Position numbers and translations under genes: made by a program. Below the pieces are notes generated by a model. It was not told the origin of the DNA. It worked only from the letters and a program-made list of their open reading frames with translations, and did no database searches. From the NCBI RefSeq assembly GCF_044324785.1, contig NZ_CP172127.1: a DNA stretch of 64,000 bases; one strand, 5' to 3'. Source of the DNA: Escherichia coli (GTDB taxonomy: Bacteria > Pseudomonadota > Gammaproteobacteria > Enterobacterales > Enterobacteriaceae). This document shows positions 24,935 through 39,099 of this stretch, piece after piece. Position 1 is the stretch's first letter; each line of letters opens with the position of its first letter.

Positions 24935-25010
24935 GTCCCCTTCGTCTAGAGGCCCAGGACACCGCCCTTTCACGGCGGTAACAGGGGTTCGAATCCCCTA
25001 GGGGACGCCA
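24935..25010 (+). tRNA. gltW: tRNA-Glu (UUC) in the 16S-23S spacer
   Basis: GTCCCCTTCGTCTAGAGGCCCAGGACACCGCCCTTTCACGGCGGTAACAGGGGTTCGAATCCCCTAGGGGACGCCA. Confidence 0.95.
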
Positions 25011-25194
25011 CTTGCTGGTTTGTGAGTGAAAGTCACCTGCCTTGATATCTCAAAACTCATCTTCGGGTGATGTTTGAGATATTTGCTCTTTAAAAATCTG
25101 GATCAAGCTGAAAATTGAAACACTGAACAACGAAAGTTGTTCGTGAGTCTCTCAAATTTTCGCAACTCTGAAGTGAAACATCTTCGGGTTGTGA

Positions 25195-28099
<2,905 letters not shown>

Positions 28100-28191
28100 A
28101 CAACGCCGAAGATGTTTTGGCGGATGAGAGAAGATTTTCAGCCTGATACAGATTAAATCAGAACGCAGAAGCGGTCTGATAAAACAGAATT

Positions 28192-28311
28192 TGCCTGGCG
28201 GCCGTAGCGCGGTGGTCCCACCTGACCCCATGCCGAACTCAGAAGTGAAACGCCGTAGCGCCGATGGTAGTGTGGGGTCTCCCCATGCGAGAGTAGGGAA
28301 CTGCCAGGCAT
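28192..28311 (+). rRNA. rrfG: 5S ribosomal RNA (rrnG operon)
   Basis: TGCCTGGCGGCCGTAGCGCGGTGG...GGGAACTGCCAGGCAT, 120 nt. Confidence 0.97.
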
Positions 28312-28323
28312 CAAATTAAGCAG

Positions 28324-28351
28324 AAGGCCATCCTGACGGATGGCCTTTTTG
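28324..28351 (+). terminator. rrnG operon terminator
   Basis: AAGGCCATCCTGACGGATGGCCTTTTTG. Confidence 0.85.
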
Positions 28352-28354
28352 CGC

Positions 28355-28410
28355 TGGTGCGGAATAAATGCCGGATGCGACGCTGGCGCGTCTTACCCGA
28401 CCTACGAAGA
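28355..28410. repeat. REP (repetitive extragenic palindromic) element
   Basis: GCCGGATGCGACGCTGGCGCGTCTTACCCGACCTACG, the typical REP signature. Confidence 0.7.
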
Positions 28411-28674
28411 GTTGCGGCGAGTGTAGATATCCGCATTATCCCCCCACATACGCCAGATTCAGCAACGGATACGGTTTCCCCAAATTGCCCACTTCCATAC
28501 ATCCTCCTTACCAGAAATCTATCCTTAAGCTCCTTAATAACCATTTTCCTGCTAACTAAATTCATGGTTAAGGTTGCATAATGATACGCAACAAATGTAT
28601 AACATTTTCTTTACCAAAAAAATAAACAACAGCGACCGACAAAAGCATCGGATTACGGCAGGAGACATAATGGC

Positions 28675-29973
28675 ATGGCTGAAAGTACTGTAACGGCAGA
28701 CAGCAAACTGACAAGTAGTGATACTCGTCGCCGCATTTGGGCGATTGTGGGGGCCTCTTCAGGTAATCTGGTCGAGTGGTTCGATTTCTATGTCTACTCG
28801 TTCTGTTCACTCTACTTTGCCCACATCTTCTTCCCTTCCGGGAACACGACGACTCAACTACTACAAACAGCAGGTGTTTTTGCTGCGGGATTTCTGATGC
28901 GCCCAATAGGCGGTTGGCTATTTGGCCGCATAGCCGATAAACATGGTCGCAAAAAATCGATGCTGTTATCGGTGTGTATGATGTGTTTCGGCTCACTGGT
29001 TATCGCCTGTTTGCCAGGCTACGAAACAATCGGTACCTGGGCTCCGGCATTATTGCTTCTTGCTCGTTTATTCCAGGGATTATCCGTTGGCGGAGAATAT
29101 GGCACCAGCGCCACCTATATGAGTGAAGTTGCCGTTGAAGGGCGCAAAGGTTTTTACGCATCATTTCAGTATGTGACGTTGATCGGCGGGCAACTGCTAG
29201 CTCTACTGGTTGTCGTGGTTTTACAACACACCATGGAAGACGCTGCACTCAGAGAGTGGGGATGGCGTATTCCTTTCGCGTTAGGAGCTGTGTTAGCTGT
29301 TGTGGCGTTGTGGTTACGTCGTCAGTTAGATGAAACTTCACAACAAGAAACACGCGCTTTAAAAGAAGCTGGATCTCTGAAAGGATTATGGCGCAATTGC
29401 CGTGCATTCATCATGGTTCTCGGTTTTACCGCTGCGGGCTCCCTTTGTTTCTATACCTTCACCACTTATATGCAGAAGTATCTGGTAAATACTGCGGGAA
29501 TGCATGCCAACGTGGCGAGTGGCATTATGACAGCCGCATTGTTTGTTTATATGCTCATTCAGCCACTTTTTGGTGCCTTGTCAGATAAGATTGGTCGCCG
29601 AACTTCGATGCTTTGCTTCGGTTCTCTGGCTGCTGTTTTTACCGTTCCGATACTCTCAGCATTACAGAATGTATCTTCTCCTTATGCCGCTTTTGGTCTG
29701 GTGATGTGCGCCCTGCTGATCGTGAGTTTTTATACTTCAATCAGTGGAATACTGAAGGCTGAAATGTTCCCGGCCCAGGTTCGCGCATTAGGTGTTGGTC
29801 TGTCGTATGCCGTCGCTAATGCGATATTTGGTGGCTCAGCAGAGTATGTAGCGTTATCGTTAAAATCGGTAGGAATGGAAACATCTTTCTTCTGGTATGT
29901 CACCTTTATGGCAGTGATTGCATTCCTGGTATCACTAACATTGCACCGTAAAGGAAAAGGGATGCGTCTTTAG
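28675..29973 (+). CDS. kgtP: Alpha-ketoglutarate:H+ symporter KgtP (MFS)
   Basis: 432 aa [22 protein letters not shown]...; 12 predicted transmembrane segments. Confidence 0.95.
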   Translation: MAESTVTADSKLTSSDTRRRIWAIVGASSGNLVEWFDFYVYSFCSLYFAHIFFPSGNTTTQLLQTAGVFAAGFLMRPIGGWLFGRIADKHGRKKSMLLSVCMMCFGSLVIACLPGYETIGTWAPALLLLARLFQGLSVGGEYGTSATYMSEVAVEGRKGFYASFQYVTLIGGQLLALLVVVVLQHTMEDAALREWGWRIPFALGAVLAVVALWLRRQLDETSQQETRALKEAGSLKGLWRNCRAFIMVLGFTAAGSLCFYTFTTYMQKYLVNTAGMHANVASGIMTAALFVYMLIQPLFGALSDKIGRRTSMLCFGSLAAVFTVPILSALQNVSSPYAAFGLVMCALLIVSFYTSISGILKAEMFPAQVRALGVGLSYAVANAIFGGSAEYVALSLKSVGMETSFFWYVTFMAVIAFLVSLTLHRKGKGMRL

Positions 29974-30293
29974 TTACGGGTCAGTTGCCAGACGGTATAG
30001 CCGGTGCTTGCACCGGCGACATCCCAGGCCAAATCCTTCCAGCTCCAGCCGCTCCCTTCGGGGCGGCTATCCCAAAGCTCTTTTGACGCGCCCAGCCCAA
30101 CAGAGAACATCAGCCCGAAAGTGGCACTGCGATCGCGACTCATCCCCTGATGCTGTGCATATTCATTTCCGGCGGCGGAAAGCATCGCCGAGGCGATAAA
30201 GTGTTGAGCTTTATCCTGCCCGCTCCAGCTATCGTTAGCCATATGGCTGCATCCAGAAAGTAACAATAGCGAACAGACAAAAAGAATACGCAA
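29970..30293 (-). CDS. yfiM: Lipoprotein YfiM (107 aa), TTG start
   Basis: Lipobox LLSGCS; GGAGG Shine-Dalgarno 6 nt upstream of the TTG at 30293; the ORF-track start at 30314 is an over-extension; 3' end overlaps kgtP stop. Confidence 0.75.
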   Translation of the reverse strand: MRILFVCSLLLLSGCSHMANDSWSGQDKAQHFIASAMLSAAGNEYAQHQGMSRDRSATFGLMFSVGLGASKELWDSRPEGSGWSWKDLAWDVAGASTGYTVWQLTRN

Positions 30294-30338
30294 AACGTGG
30301 CCTCCAAAAAACAAACCCCGTACAGGACGGGGTTGTGA

Positions 30339-31694
30339 TTACAGGATGCGGCTAATTAATCGGTCGATGCGGATACGGCGCAAACGACGGATGAGTTTAC
30401 GAACCTTCACCGGATAATCGGCAATACTTTGCAGATCGCGATAGTGCTTAACGATGGTGGTATGCTCGCGGATCAGCTCCAGTTCTTTCTCTCGCTGTGG
30501 TGCAAGCTCCAGTTGCGGATCGTGGATCAAAATGGCGTTTTCCAGATCCAGACGCCAGGCGCGCGGGTTCAGGTTATTACCGGTGATCAACATCCACTTA
30601 TCATCAACCCACATCCCTTTCAGGTGATAGGTGTTGTCGTCATCTTTCCATAACCGAACCACTAACTGGTCAGTGTTGACGTAATACTGTAAACGGCTCA
30701 GGAAACGACGCAGATTGATCTCATAGAGATAAGGCAATGCGCCAATTATCTTGAAAGGTTCATCTTCCGGAATGTAGAAGTCATTCGCGGTTTTATCACC
30801 AACAATAATTTCGACCTTTTTCCCTTCGCGCAGCAACTGGATGATATTGCGCACAAGGATTGCTGGCAGGTTGAAGTATGGCGTACAGATGGTTAGTTTC
30901 TGCTCGGCACAAGGCATAAGGTGGAAAATGGTCTTGTTTAACAGACTCGATTTCCCCAGTCCCACTAGCGGCGTTACGGAAAGCTGATCGTTGTCGGCAT
31001 CGCCCTGGAAATGATAAGCGGCATCACGCAGCTCCTGGCGGAACAGGCGAATGTCGTTCTTGATTTCCGGGCTTTTTGGCCGATTAACATCATCCAGACG
31101 ATTAACGCCGCGGCCATTCATAATATTCTGTGTAACCCATTCAAACATAATGTCTGACATCTTACGGTTACGGATAAGATGATAACGGTCGTAGCGATAT
31201 TTATCGTGCTGATGCAGGTAAACATCGTTCAGGCTGGCACCGCTATAAAGTACGCTATCGTCGATGATAAAGCCTTTAAAGTGCAGAACACCAAGGGCTT
31301 CACGGGTATTGATTGGAACGCCATAAACCGGAACATCTACGCCCGGATTTTCCTGCGCCATGCGGCAGTACCAGTCAGCGTTAGTGTTAGATGCCGCAGC
31401 GCCAATGCGTCCACGTTGTGCACGATGCCAGTCGACCAGCACCCGCACATCCAGTTCCGGACGCTGCCTTTTAGCCTCATACAACGCGTTCAGAATGCCT
31501 TTGCCACCGTCATCCTGTTCGAGATACAGGGCGACAATGCAAATGCGCTGCTTCGCGCTGGCTATTTTTTCCAGCAGCGTCTCCCGGAAGTCGGCGGGAG
31601 CGTAAAAGAAATCGACATCATCAACTGATTGAGAAATCTTGGGTAGTTGGGCAAGGTGTTGTTGATGTTTATTACGCTTAAATTTTGACAACAT
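30339..31694 (-). CDS. pssA: CDP-diacylglycerol-serine O-phosphatidyltransferase (phosphatidylserine synthase), PLD family
   Basis: 451 aa MLSKFKRNKHQQHLAQLPKISQSV... Confidence 0.95.
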   Translation of the reverse strand: MLSKFKRNKHQQHLAQLPKISQSVDDVDFFYAPADFRETLLEKIASAKQRICIVALYLEQDDGGKGILNALYEAKRQRPELDVRVLVDWHRAQRGRIGAAASNTNADWYCRMAQENPGVDVPVYGVPINTREALGVLHFKGFIIDDSVLYSGASLNDVYLHQHDKYRYDRYHLIRNRKMSDIMFEWVTQNIMNGRGVNRLDDVNRPKSPEIKNDIRLFRQELRDAAYHFQGDADNDQLSVTPLVGLGKSSLLNKTIFHLMPCAEQKLTICTPYFNLPAILVRNIIQLLREGKKVEIIVGDKTANDFYIPEDEPFKIIGALPYLYEINLRRFLSRLQYYVNTDQLVVRLWKDDDNTYHLKGMWVDDKWMLITGNNLNPRAWRLDLENAILIHDPQLELAPQREKELELIREHTTIVKHYRDLQSIADYPVKVRKLIRRLRRIRIDRLISRIL

Positions 31695-31807
31695 CACAGT
31701 GCATTTCTTCTCTGTTCATTGAAGGGTCCTCTGTGCAATGCAGACGACATAAGCGGGCAATAATAACACCAGTCCCGATTAAGTGGTCAACATTTCCAGT
31801 ACCTTAC

Positions 31808-34468
31808 TCATGATTCCTCGCGCTGGGCAAGATTTAGCGTAAGCCCAACGATCCCCTCTTCGAGCTGGATATCAACGTTAAACCCGAGCTTGCGGGCCAG
31901 CGCCACCATGCCACGATTGTTTGGCATCGTAATACCATTCAGACGTTGTAGTCCGTGATCTCGCGTATAGGTAATCAACTTTTCCATTAAGCGTCGACCT
32001 AAGCCTAACCCTTTGAGATCCGAGCGAACCAGCACGGCAAATTCGGCATCGATGTTATCAGGGTCGGAGATCGCACGCGTGACGCCGAGGATCTCTTCCG
32101 TTTGATCAATACGTCGTACCGCTACAAATGCCATTTCCCGATCGTAGTCGATCTGCGTCATGTTGGCTAAATCTTCATGGGTAAATTCGTTGATCTCGCT
32201 AAAGTAGCGGTAATAAAGATCTTCTTTGGTGACTCGCGAAATGAACTGCTGAAGTTGTGGCTCATCTTCTGGCAAAATCGGGCGGAACAAGCAGCGTTCA
32301 CCGTTTTTCAATTCTACCCACTCTTCCAGCTGATGTGGATAAGGGCGCACTGCCAGCCGGCTCTCGTTATCGCCTTCAAACGGCGCGATATCCAGCGTGA
32401 CATCCAGCGCGGTAAATTCACTGCCAGAAGCCAGCAAAGGATGAATATCCAGACGTTGAATTTCCGGACAATCGACAATCAAGTTGGAAACCTGTACCAG
32501 AAGCTGGCTCAAGCCTGCAACATCCAATGGGCGTAGCGCACTGCGCGCACGAATCTTTTTACTTTTGATCCCCTGAATAACCAGATAGCGGGCCAGGTTC
32601 ATGTTCAGCGGCGGCAGTGCGACGACGGCTTGATCTTCAGGACGCCACTCCACACCGCCTTCACCCAGCATGATTAACGGCCCGAAAACCGGATCGTGCT
32701 CAACCACAACCCGCAACTCCTGAGCGCCAGCACGGTTAGCCATACTTTGCACCAACAGGCCGTGGACCCGCGCCTGCGGCCAGGCCATTTTTACGCGATC
32801 GAAAATAGCGTTTGCCGCTTGCTGGACTTCATTAGCTGTACGCAGGTAGAGCATTACGCCCTGAACTTCCGATTTATGTGGAATATCCGGCGAGCGCAAT
32901 TTCAGTGCCACCGGATAGCCAATCTGTTCGGCAATATGTACCGCTTCGGTGCTATCACTGGCAATCCAGGTAGGGAGAGTATTCATACCATACGCTTGCA
33001 GGATGGGCTGAACTTCATGGGTATCGAGCGACGTAGCCCCTTCGGCAATCGCCTGTTGCAACAGAAGATGCGCTTCTGCGGTATTGGAAGTCAGATTGCT
33101 GGGCAACGCCGGCGTTTCGCGTAGTTGCTTCTGATTACGCCGGTACTCGACCATATGCATAAAAGCAGTGATGGTTCCTTCCGGAGTACGGTAAGTCGGC
33201 AGCCCGGCTTCGCTGAATAAACGTCGTGCCTCTTGCGAGGAGTGCTCGCCGCACCAGTTCGTCAGCAAAGAGACATATTTGCTGCGGGGATGATGCTTTA
33301 CCGCTTCAATTAATACTTGCGCGCTTTCTGTTGCGGGAGCAGCGGCGCTGGGCGAATGAATAACCATCAGCGCATCAAAATCCTGGCTGTGGAGCAGAAT
33401 GTCCAGCGTTTTGACATAATGCTCGCTGCTGGCGTCATCGCGCAGATCGAGCGGGTTAGAGATTGCCACATGCCCTGGCAGTGCATCGCGCAGTTTCTGG
33501 CAGGTTTCTTCGCTTAGCGTTGCCAGCTTGCCATTACGTGACCATAAGGCATCCAGCGCCAGCGCGGCAGGCGCAGCACCGTTGCTGATAATCATCAATC
33601 GGTCGCCACGCAGCGGGCGCATATGGCTAAGGGTTTCCACCGCCGAAAACAGTTCGTGGGTGTCCTGTACCCGCAACAAACCGGCACGCTGAATAGCTGC
33701 ATCCCACGCCGGATCCATTCCTGCCGTGGTGTTCAACAGACGTTGAGCCGCCGGGCTACGTCCGCTTTTAATCACCAGAATCGGTTTATTGCGCGAGGCA
33801 CTACGGGCTGCCGAAACAAAGCGCCTCGCGTCGCTTAACTGTTCGAGATAGAGCAGGATGGCGCTGGTTTTACTGTCGCGCGCCAGATAGTCGAGCAATT
33901 CATCAACGTCGATATCCAGGCTGTCGCCGAGCGCAATAAAGTAGGAAAAGCCCATCTCACGCTGTTGCGCCCAGTCGAGGATGGTGTTGGAGACAGCAGC
34001 CGATTGCGAAATAAACGCCAGCTTGCCGCGTTTAATCGGCACAGGCGAAAAGCTGGCATTCAGACCTTGCCAGGGAGCCAGTAAGCCCAGACTGTTTGGT
34101 CCTAGCAGGCGCATGTTATGGCGCAGGGCGCAGGCGCGGAGATCTTCGTGTTGCGATGCCGGGGCGGAAAGAATAATGCAGGTTTTACAGCCTTTCTCGC
34201 CGAGCTCTTCCAGAAGAGCAAGATTACGGCTGGCATTGGTACATAAAACCGCAAGGTCGGGTGTAAAGGGCAAGCTGGCAATATCCGGCCAGGCCAACAC
34301 ACCCAACACCGCTTTCCAGGCTGGCGTCACCGGGAGTACCGGTCCGTTAAAGCCTCCCGCCAGCAGGTTACGCATCATCAGGTAACCTGCGCGATTGGGT
34401 TTCATCGACGCGCCAATTACCGCTATCGATTTTGGTCGCAGTAGTGCTTCCAGTCCTCGCTGACTCAT
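31808..34468 (-). CDS. patZ: Protein lysine acetyltransferase PatZ/Pka (YfiQ): CoA-binding, NDP-forming acyl-CoA synthetase-like and GNAT domains
   Basis: 886 aa, recognised sequence. Confidence 0.95.
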   Translation of the reverse strand: MSQRGLEALLRPKSIAVIGASMKPNRAGYLMMRNLLAGGFNGPVLPVTPAWKAVLGVLAWPDIASLPFTPDLAVLCTNASRNLALLEELGEKGCKTCIILSAPASQHEDLRACALRHNMRLLGPNSLGLLAPWQGLNASFSPVPIKRGKLAFISQSAAVSNTILDWAQQREMGFSYFIALGDSLDIDVDELLDYLARDSKTSAILLYLEQLSDARRFVSAARSASRNKPILVIKSGRSPAAQRLLNTTAGMDPAWDAAIQRAGLLRVQDTHELFSAVETLSHMRPLRGDRLMIISNGAAPAALALDALWSRNGKLATLSEETCQKLRDALPGHVAISNPLDLRDDASSEHYVKTLDILLHSQDFDALMVIHSPSAAAPATESAQVLIEAVKHHPRSKYVSLLTNWCGEHSSQEARRLFSEAGLPTYRTPEGTITAFMHMVEYRRNQKQLRETPALPSNLTSNTAEAHLLLQQAIAEGATSLDTHEVQPILQAYGMNTLPTWIASDSTEAVHIAEQIGYPVALKLRSPDIPHKSEVQGVMLYLRTANEVQQAANAIFDRVKMAWPQARVHGLLVQSMANRAGAQELRVVVEHDPVFGPLIMLGEGGVEWRPEDQAVVALPPLNMNLARYLVIQGIKSKKIRARSALRPLDVAGLSQLLVQVSNLIVDCPEIQRLDIHPLLASGSEFTALDVTLDIAPFEGDNESRLAVRPYPHQLEEWVELKNGERCLFRPILPEDEPQLQQFISRVTKEDLYYRYFSEINEFTHEDLANMTQIDYDREMAFVAVRRIDQTEEILGVTRAISDPDNIDAEFAVLVRSDLKGLGLGRRLMEKLITYTRDHGLQRLNGITMPNNRGMVALARKLGFNVDIQLEEGIVGLTLNLAQREES

Positions 34469-34499
34469 ACCGGTCTCCCGCAGAAGTGACCGAATGATT

Positions 34500-35198
34500 T
34501 TAAACGCTTTCTAACTGTTCTGCTGTGATGCTACCCAGATGTTGCGTTTTTCCTGCCAGATAGCGTGTTTTAAAGCGGGTAAAATGCTCGCCTAACCCTG
34601 CTGCCGCCCCGGTATCGCCGGCCATATCTAACAGTGCGATGGCTACCTCGGCAGTACAATATTGGCCTTCAGCCTGGGCTTCACGCAGGCGATAGGCAGA
34701 AAGCCGGGAAAGATCGACGGAAATGACGGGAAGATTATCCAGATACGGACTTTTACGAAACATTTTGCGAGCTTCCGGCCAGGTACCATCGAGCATGATA
34801 AACAGCGGTGGCTTACCGGCAGGTGGTGTGAAGATCACTTCCCGTTGCTCATCAGCATACGAGGCGGGAAAGACCACCATTGGCTGATAATCCGGGTTTT
34901 GTACCAGATCCAGCAAATCTTGCGAGGGTTCGGTACGCGACCATTGAAACGCAACGGTATCAGGCAAAATATCAGCAATCAGACGCCCGGTATTACTGGG
35001 CTTCATTGGCTCGGTGTCGAACATCAGCAAACAGAAGCGACTTTTTGCTTGTGCTGGGGTAATTGTCGAACAGAGACATAATTTCTCTGGCAAAAGACAG
35101 CGTTGGCAGCGAAGAACGCGATTACCGCGGGCAAGAAAAGGACGTGTTGCGCGCGCAATACGCTCGGCGCGTAACTGAAGAACAGCGTTTTCGGTCAT
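34500..35198 (-). CDS. yfiP: DTW-domain tRNA-uridine aminocarboxypropyltransferase YfiP (TapT)
   Basis: Start at the internal Met (MTENAVLQLRAERIARAT...) giving 232 aa; the ORF-track start at 35249 is an over-extension; DTW motif present. Confidence 0.85.
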   Translation of the reverse strand: MTENAVLQLRAERIARATRPFLARGNRVLRCQRCLLPEKLCLCSTITPAQAKSRFCLLMFDTEPMKPSNTGRLIADILPDTVAFQWSRTEPSQDLLDLVQNPDYQPMVVFPASYADEQREVIFTPPAGKPPLFIMLDGTWPEARKMFRKSPYLDNLPVISVDLSRLSAYRLREAQAEGQYCTAEVAIALLDMAGDTGAAAGLGEHFTRFKTRYLAGKTQHLGSITAEQLESV

Positions 35199-35235
35199 AA
35201 GAGAGCGTCGAAAAAACGCCATTGTCGCAGAGGAG

Positions 35236-35262
35236 AAAACGGGGCACAAGATGCGCCCCGGT
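35236..35262 (-). terminator. trxC terminator
   Basis: CGGGGCACAAGATGCGCCCCG hairpin with a T-run on the minus strand. Confidence 0.6.
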
Positions 35263-35266
35263 AAGA

Positions 35267-35686
35267 TTAAAGCGATTCGTTCAGCCAGCTATCGAACGGC
35301 GCTTTCGGTACTGCGCCATTAAGCATGTCGACAACCTGACCGTTTTTGAAAATCATGATCGTCGGTATACTACGAATTCCAAAGCGACTGCTCAATTCAC
35401 GTTCAGCTTCGGTATTCACTTTCACAAAGCGCACTTTACCGCTACGCTCTTGCGCGACATCTTCAAAAATTGGTGCGAAATTACGGCAGGGGCCGCACCA
35501 CGGTGCCCAGAAGTCGATCACCACTGGTAGATCATCTTTCAGCAATTTGTCGAGCGTTTCACCGGTCGCATTAATCACCTCTCCGTCAAACAAGTCGTGA
35601 CCGCAGCGTCCGCATTTTGCCGCATCTTCGATCCGATCGTCGGGAATGCGATTGATGGCCTGACAATGGGTACAAACGGTATTCAT
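35267..35686 (-). CDS. trxC: Thioredoxin 2 (N-terminal zinc-finger CxxC pairs plus WCGPC active site)
   Basis: 139 aa [30 protein letters not shown]...WAPWCGPC. Confidence 0.95.
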
Positions 35687-35892
35687 AACTAACCTCGGGA
35701 TGAGTAAGGAGACTTATCGGCAACGACGCCGGTATGTTTCTAATATGTTACATATTATCGGGGACATTGTTCCAGACAACAATCTGTTTTATTCAATAGG
35801 TATGATAGTCGCAGGCTTTGGTACGAAATCATGGCGAACCGCGCGGACTTCGGGTAATCTGCGCGCTTCGCGCAGCGCTGGTGGAGAAAAGC

Positions 35893-36930
35893 ATGAACGA
35901 TGAAATGAAAGGTAAAAGCGGCAAGGTCAAAGTGATGTATGTCCGCAGTGATGATGATTCTGATAAACGTACCCACAACCCGCGTACCGGGAAAGGGGGC
36001 GGGCGTCCAGGAAAATCTCGTGCTGACGGTGGCCGTCGCCCCGCCCGCGATGACAAACAGAGTCAGCCCCGTGACCGCAAGTGGGAAGATTCGCCGTGGC
36101 GCACGGTTTCCCGCGCGCCGGGTGATGAGACGCCGGAAAAGGCCGATCACGGTGGCATCAGTGGTAAAAGTTTTATTGATCCAGAAGTTTTGCGTCGTCA
36201 GCGTGCGGAAGAAACCCGCGTCTACGGCGAAAATGCATGTCAGGCACTGTTCCAGAGCCGTCCGGAAGCGATTGTTCGCGCCTGGTTTATCCAGAGCGTA
36301 ACGCCACGTTTTAAAGAAGCCTTGCGCTGGATGGCGGCAAACCGCAAAGCGTACCATGTGGTGGATGAAGCGGAATTGACAAAAGCGTCAGGCACGGAAC
36401 ATCACGGCGGCGTTTGCTTCCTGATCAAAAAGCGTAATGGCACAACTGTGCAGCAGTGGGTAAGCCAGGCAGGTGCGCAGGATTGCGTTCTGGCACTGGA
36501 AAACGAATCTAACCCGCATAACCTGGGGAGCATGATGCGCAGCTGCGCGCACTTCGGCGTGAAAGGCGTTGTGGTGCAGGATGCGGCACTGCTGGAGTCG
36601 GGTGCGGCTATCCGTACCGCAGAAGGCGGCGCAGAGCACGTTCAGCCGATTACTGGCGACAACATTGTTAACGTGCTGGATGATTTCCGTCAGGCGGGTT
36701 ACACCGTAGTGACAACTTCCAGCGAGCAGGGGAAACCGCTGTTCAAAACCAGTCTGCCAGCGAAAATGGTACTGGTGCTGGGTCAGGAATATGAAGGGTT
36801 ACCGGATGCCGCACGCGATCCAAACGATCTGCGCGTGAAGATTGACGGTACTGGCAACGTTGCCGGGCTAAATATCTCTGTCGCAACTGGCGTTTTGCTT
36901 GGTGAATGGTGGCGTCAGAATAAAGCCTGA
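35893..36930 (+). CDS. yfiF: Putative SpoU/TrmH-family RNA methyltransferase YfiF
   Basis: Start at [22 protein letters not shown] giving 345 aa; Lys/Arg-rich N-terminal extension and SpoU methylase domain. Confidence 0.85.
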   Translation: MNDEMKGKSGKVKVMYVRSDDDSDKRTHNPRTGKGGGRPGKSRADGGRRPARDDKQSQPRDRKWEDSPWRTVSRAPGDETPEKADHGGISGKSFIDPEVLRRQRAEETRVYGENACQALFQSRPEAIVRAWFIQSVTPRFKEALRWMAANRKAYHVVDEAELTKASGTEHHGGVCFLIKKRNGTTVQQWVSQAGAQDCVLALENESNPHNLGSMMRSCAHFGVKGVVVQDAALLESGAAIRTAEGGAEHVQPITGDNIVNVLDDFRQAGYTVVTTSSEQGKPLFKTSLPAKMVLVLGQEYEGLPDAARDPNDLRVKIDGTGNVAGLNISVATGVLLGEWWRQNKA

Positions 36931-36977
36931 TAAATCAGCCGGGTGGCAACGCTGCCATCCGGCGTTTTCCTGCAAAT

Positions 36978-37667
36978 TTACTCACTCTCTGCCGGTAATA
37001 CTGGCATCCAGTCAATCGGTTTCTCGCCACGTTGTTCCAGCCACTGATTTGCCAGCACAAAATGGTTGCAGCCAAAGAACCCGCGATGCGCAGAAAGCGG
37101 TGATGGATGCGGCGCTTTCAGTACGTGATGGCGTTGCTTATCAATAATCGCCCCTTTCTTTTGCGCATGTGAGCCCCACAACAAAAACACCACGCCTTCG
37201 CGATGCTGGTTAATCAGGCTGATGACTTTATCGGTGAAGGTCTCCCAGCCGAGGCTGGCGTGGGAATGCGCCTGACCTGCGCGAACCGTCAACACAGTAT
37301 TGAGTAGCAGAACGCCCTGACGCGCCCAGCTTTCAAGATAACCATGATTAGGGCGGGTGAAACCGGGAATAGTATTTTCCAGCTCTTTATACATATTCAG
37401 CAGTGACGGCGGTGTCGCAATGCCGGGGCGAACGGAAAATGCCAGACCATGCGCCTGTCCCGGTCCGTGATAAGGATCCTGGCCGAGAATCACCACTTTA
37501 ACGTCACCCAACTCTGTAAAGCGGAACGCGTTAAAAACATCCTTTTGTGGCGGATAGATAGTGACGCCGGACTGCCGCTCGCTGGCGACGGTCTGTAGGG
37601 TATTAAGAAAATAGGGTTGTTGCTTCTCTTCAGCCAGCACGTCATGCCAGGTTAATTCGTTTGCCAT
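36978..37667 (-). CDS. ung: Uracil-DNA glycosylase
   Basis: 229 aa [20 protein letters not shown]...[13 protein letters not shown]. Confidence 0.95.
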   Translation of the reverse strand: MANELTWHDVLAEEKQQPYFLNTLQTVASERQSGVTIYPPQKDVFNAFRFTELGDVKVVILGQDPYHGPGQAHGLAFSVRPGIATPPSLLNMYKELENTIPGFTRPNHGYLESWARQGVLLLNTVLTVRAGQAHSHASLGWETFTDKVISLINQHREGVVFLLWGSHAQKKGAIIDKQRHHVLKAPHPSPLSAHRGFFGCNHFVLANQWLEQRGEKPIDWMPVLPAESE

Positions 37668-37850
37668 CTCGCTCTCCCGCGAATCTTCAATCCGCCTAGC
37701 TTAACTGCTTCTTTCTACAGAACAAAATCATGCTCATTTTTTAGACTTAAACGAGTGCAAAAAAATGTAAATTGGTAAAATTTCACACCTGCATAAGTTG
37801 ATGTAAAACAATAAAATCCATTTGCGACCATACTTGATGTGTGGTTTTTA

Positions 37851-37864
37851 TTGATTTAAATCAA
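37851..37864 (+). promoter_or_regulatory. FNR binding site in the grcA promoter
   Basis: TTGATTTAAATCAA, perfect match to TTGAT-N4-ATCAA, about 110 bp upstream of the grcA start. Confidence 0.8.
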
Positions 37865-37971
37865 AGATTCAAGGGTGTTTGAGGAGTATATATACACTCA
37901 AGCAACAATGGTTTTACCAATTGGCCGCGACAGGCTGAACAAATCAAATAATTTTGCCGGGGAGGCATCAC

Positions 37972-38355
37972 ATGATTACAGGTATCCAGATTACTAAAGC
38001 CGCTAACGACGATCTGCTGAACTCTTTCTGGCTGCTGGACAGCGAAAAAGGCGAAGCGCGTTGCATCGTTGCGAAAGCAGGTTTTGCAGAAGACGAAGTG
38101 GTTGCAGTAAGCAAACTGGGTGACATTGAGTACCGTGAAGTTCCAGTAGAAGTGAAACCAGAAGTTCGCGTTGAAGGTGGTCAACACCTGAACGTAAACG
38201 TTCTGCGTCGTGAAACTCTGGAAGATGCAGTTAAGCATCCGGAAAAATATCCGCAGCTGACCATCCGTGTATCCGGTTATGCAGTTCGCTTTAACTCTCT
38301 GACTCCGGAACAGCAGCGCGACGTTATCGCTCGTACCTTTACTGAAAGCCTGTAA
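37972..38355 (+). CDS. grcA: Stress-induced alternate pyruvate formate-lyase subunit GrcA (YfiD), glycyl-radical domain
   Basis: 127 aa [22 protein letters not shown]...RVSGYAVRF; the ORF-track start at 37954 is an over-extension. Confidence 0.95.
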
Positions 38356-38376
38356 GGCTTAAGTAGCAAGTTACTA

Positions 38377-38408
38377 AGCGGAAGAGGGCAACTTCTTCCG
38401 CTTTTTTC
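38377..38408 (+). terminator. grcA terminator
   Basis: AAGCGGAAGAGGGCAACTTCTTCCGCTTTTTT. Confidence 0.85.
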
Positions 38409-38409
38409 G

Positions 38410-38997
38410 TTAATAGAATATGCGTACCGCACAATAGACCAGCAACAGGGCAAGCACGATATTTAACTGGCGACCATACTGGCGAAACAATCGCTGAAAC
38501 AGATGCCCCGCCAGCGCCCAGCACACATTGCCAAACGTCCCAATCATCGCCAGCAAAACGCTGACGCCAACTACCCAGCTTAGCGCCTGCGTTTGCGGCA
38601 GGACAAACGTCGACAGTGCCGTAACGCCATACAAAATGATTTTGACGTTCACAAACTGCAAAGCAAAGCTGGCCCAAAAGCTGATTGGTTTTGCCTGAAG
38701 TCCGTCTTCCTTTGTTGGACTGGTAGCGATTTTCCACGCCAGCCAGACAATGTATGCCGCTCCTGCCCAACTCAACAGATGCACTGCTGCCGGGTCGATA
38801 ACAGCCAGTGAAAACGAAATTCCCGCACACAGCAACATGACGATTAAAAATCCCAGACTCATCCCTGCCAGCACGCGGGTACTCTGACGAAATCCGTGCG
38901 ATGTGGCTGAGCTAAGGGCGAGAATATTGTTCGGTCCTGGCGTCATGGCGGTAATCAGGGTGTAAGTCCAAAAAGCACTTAAAAGGGTCGGTGTCAC
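38410..38997 (-). CDS. eamB: Cysteine / O-acetylserine exporter EamB (YfiK), LysE/RhtB family
   Basis: 195 aa, six transmembrane segments. Confidence 0.9.
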   Translation of the reverse strand: MTPTLLSAFWTYTLITAMTPGPNNILALSSATSHGFRQSTRVLAGMSLGFLIVMLLCAGISFSLAVIDPAAVHLLSWAGAAYIVWLAWKIATSPTKEDGLQAKPISFWASFALQFVNVKIILYGVTALSTFVLPQTQALSWVVGVSVLLAMIGTFGNVCWALAGHLFQRLFRQYGRQLNIVLALLLVYCAVRIFY

Positions 38998-39099
38998 TTG
39001 TTATCTCCTCTGTTTTGGTAGACAGTACCCGACACGGAACATTTAAAAAAATGAATGTTTTTACATTCTAAATTCGATATTTTCGATAGGTTTGGAGTT

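Noticed and set aside
35818-35892. Upstream extension of yfiF to 35818 (370 aa)
   Set aside because: The extension lies in the divergent trxC-yfiF promoter region; the ATG at 35893 gives the expected length and a sensible N-terminus.
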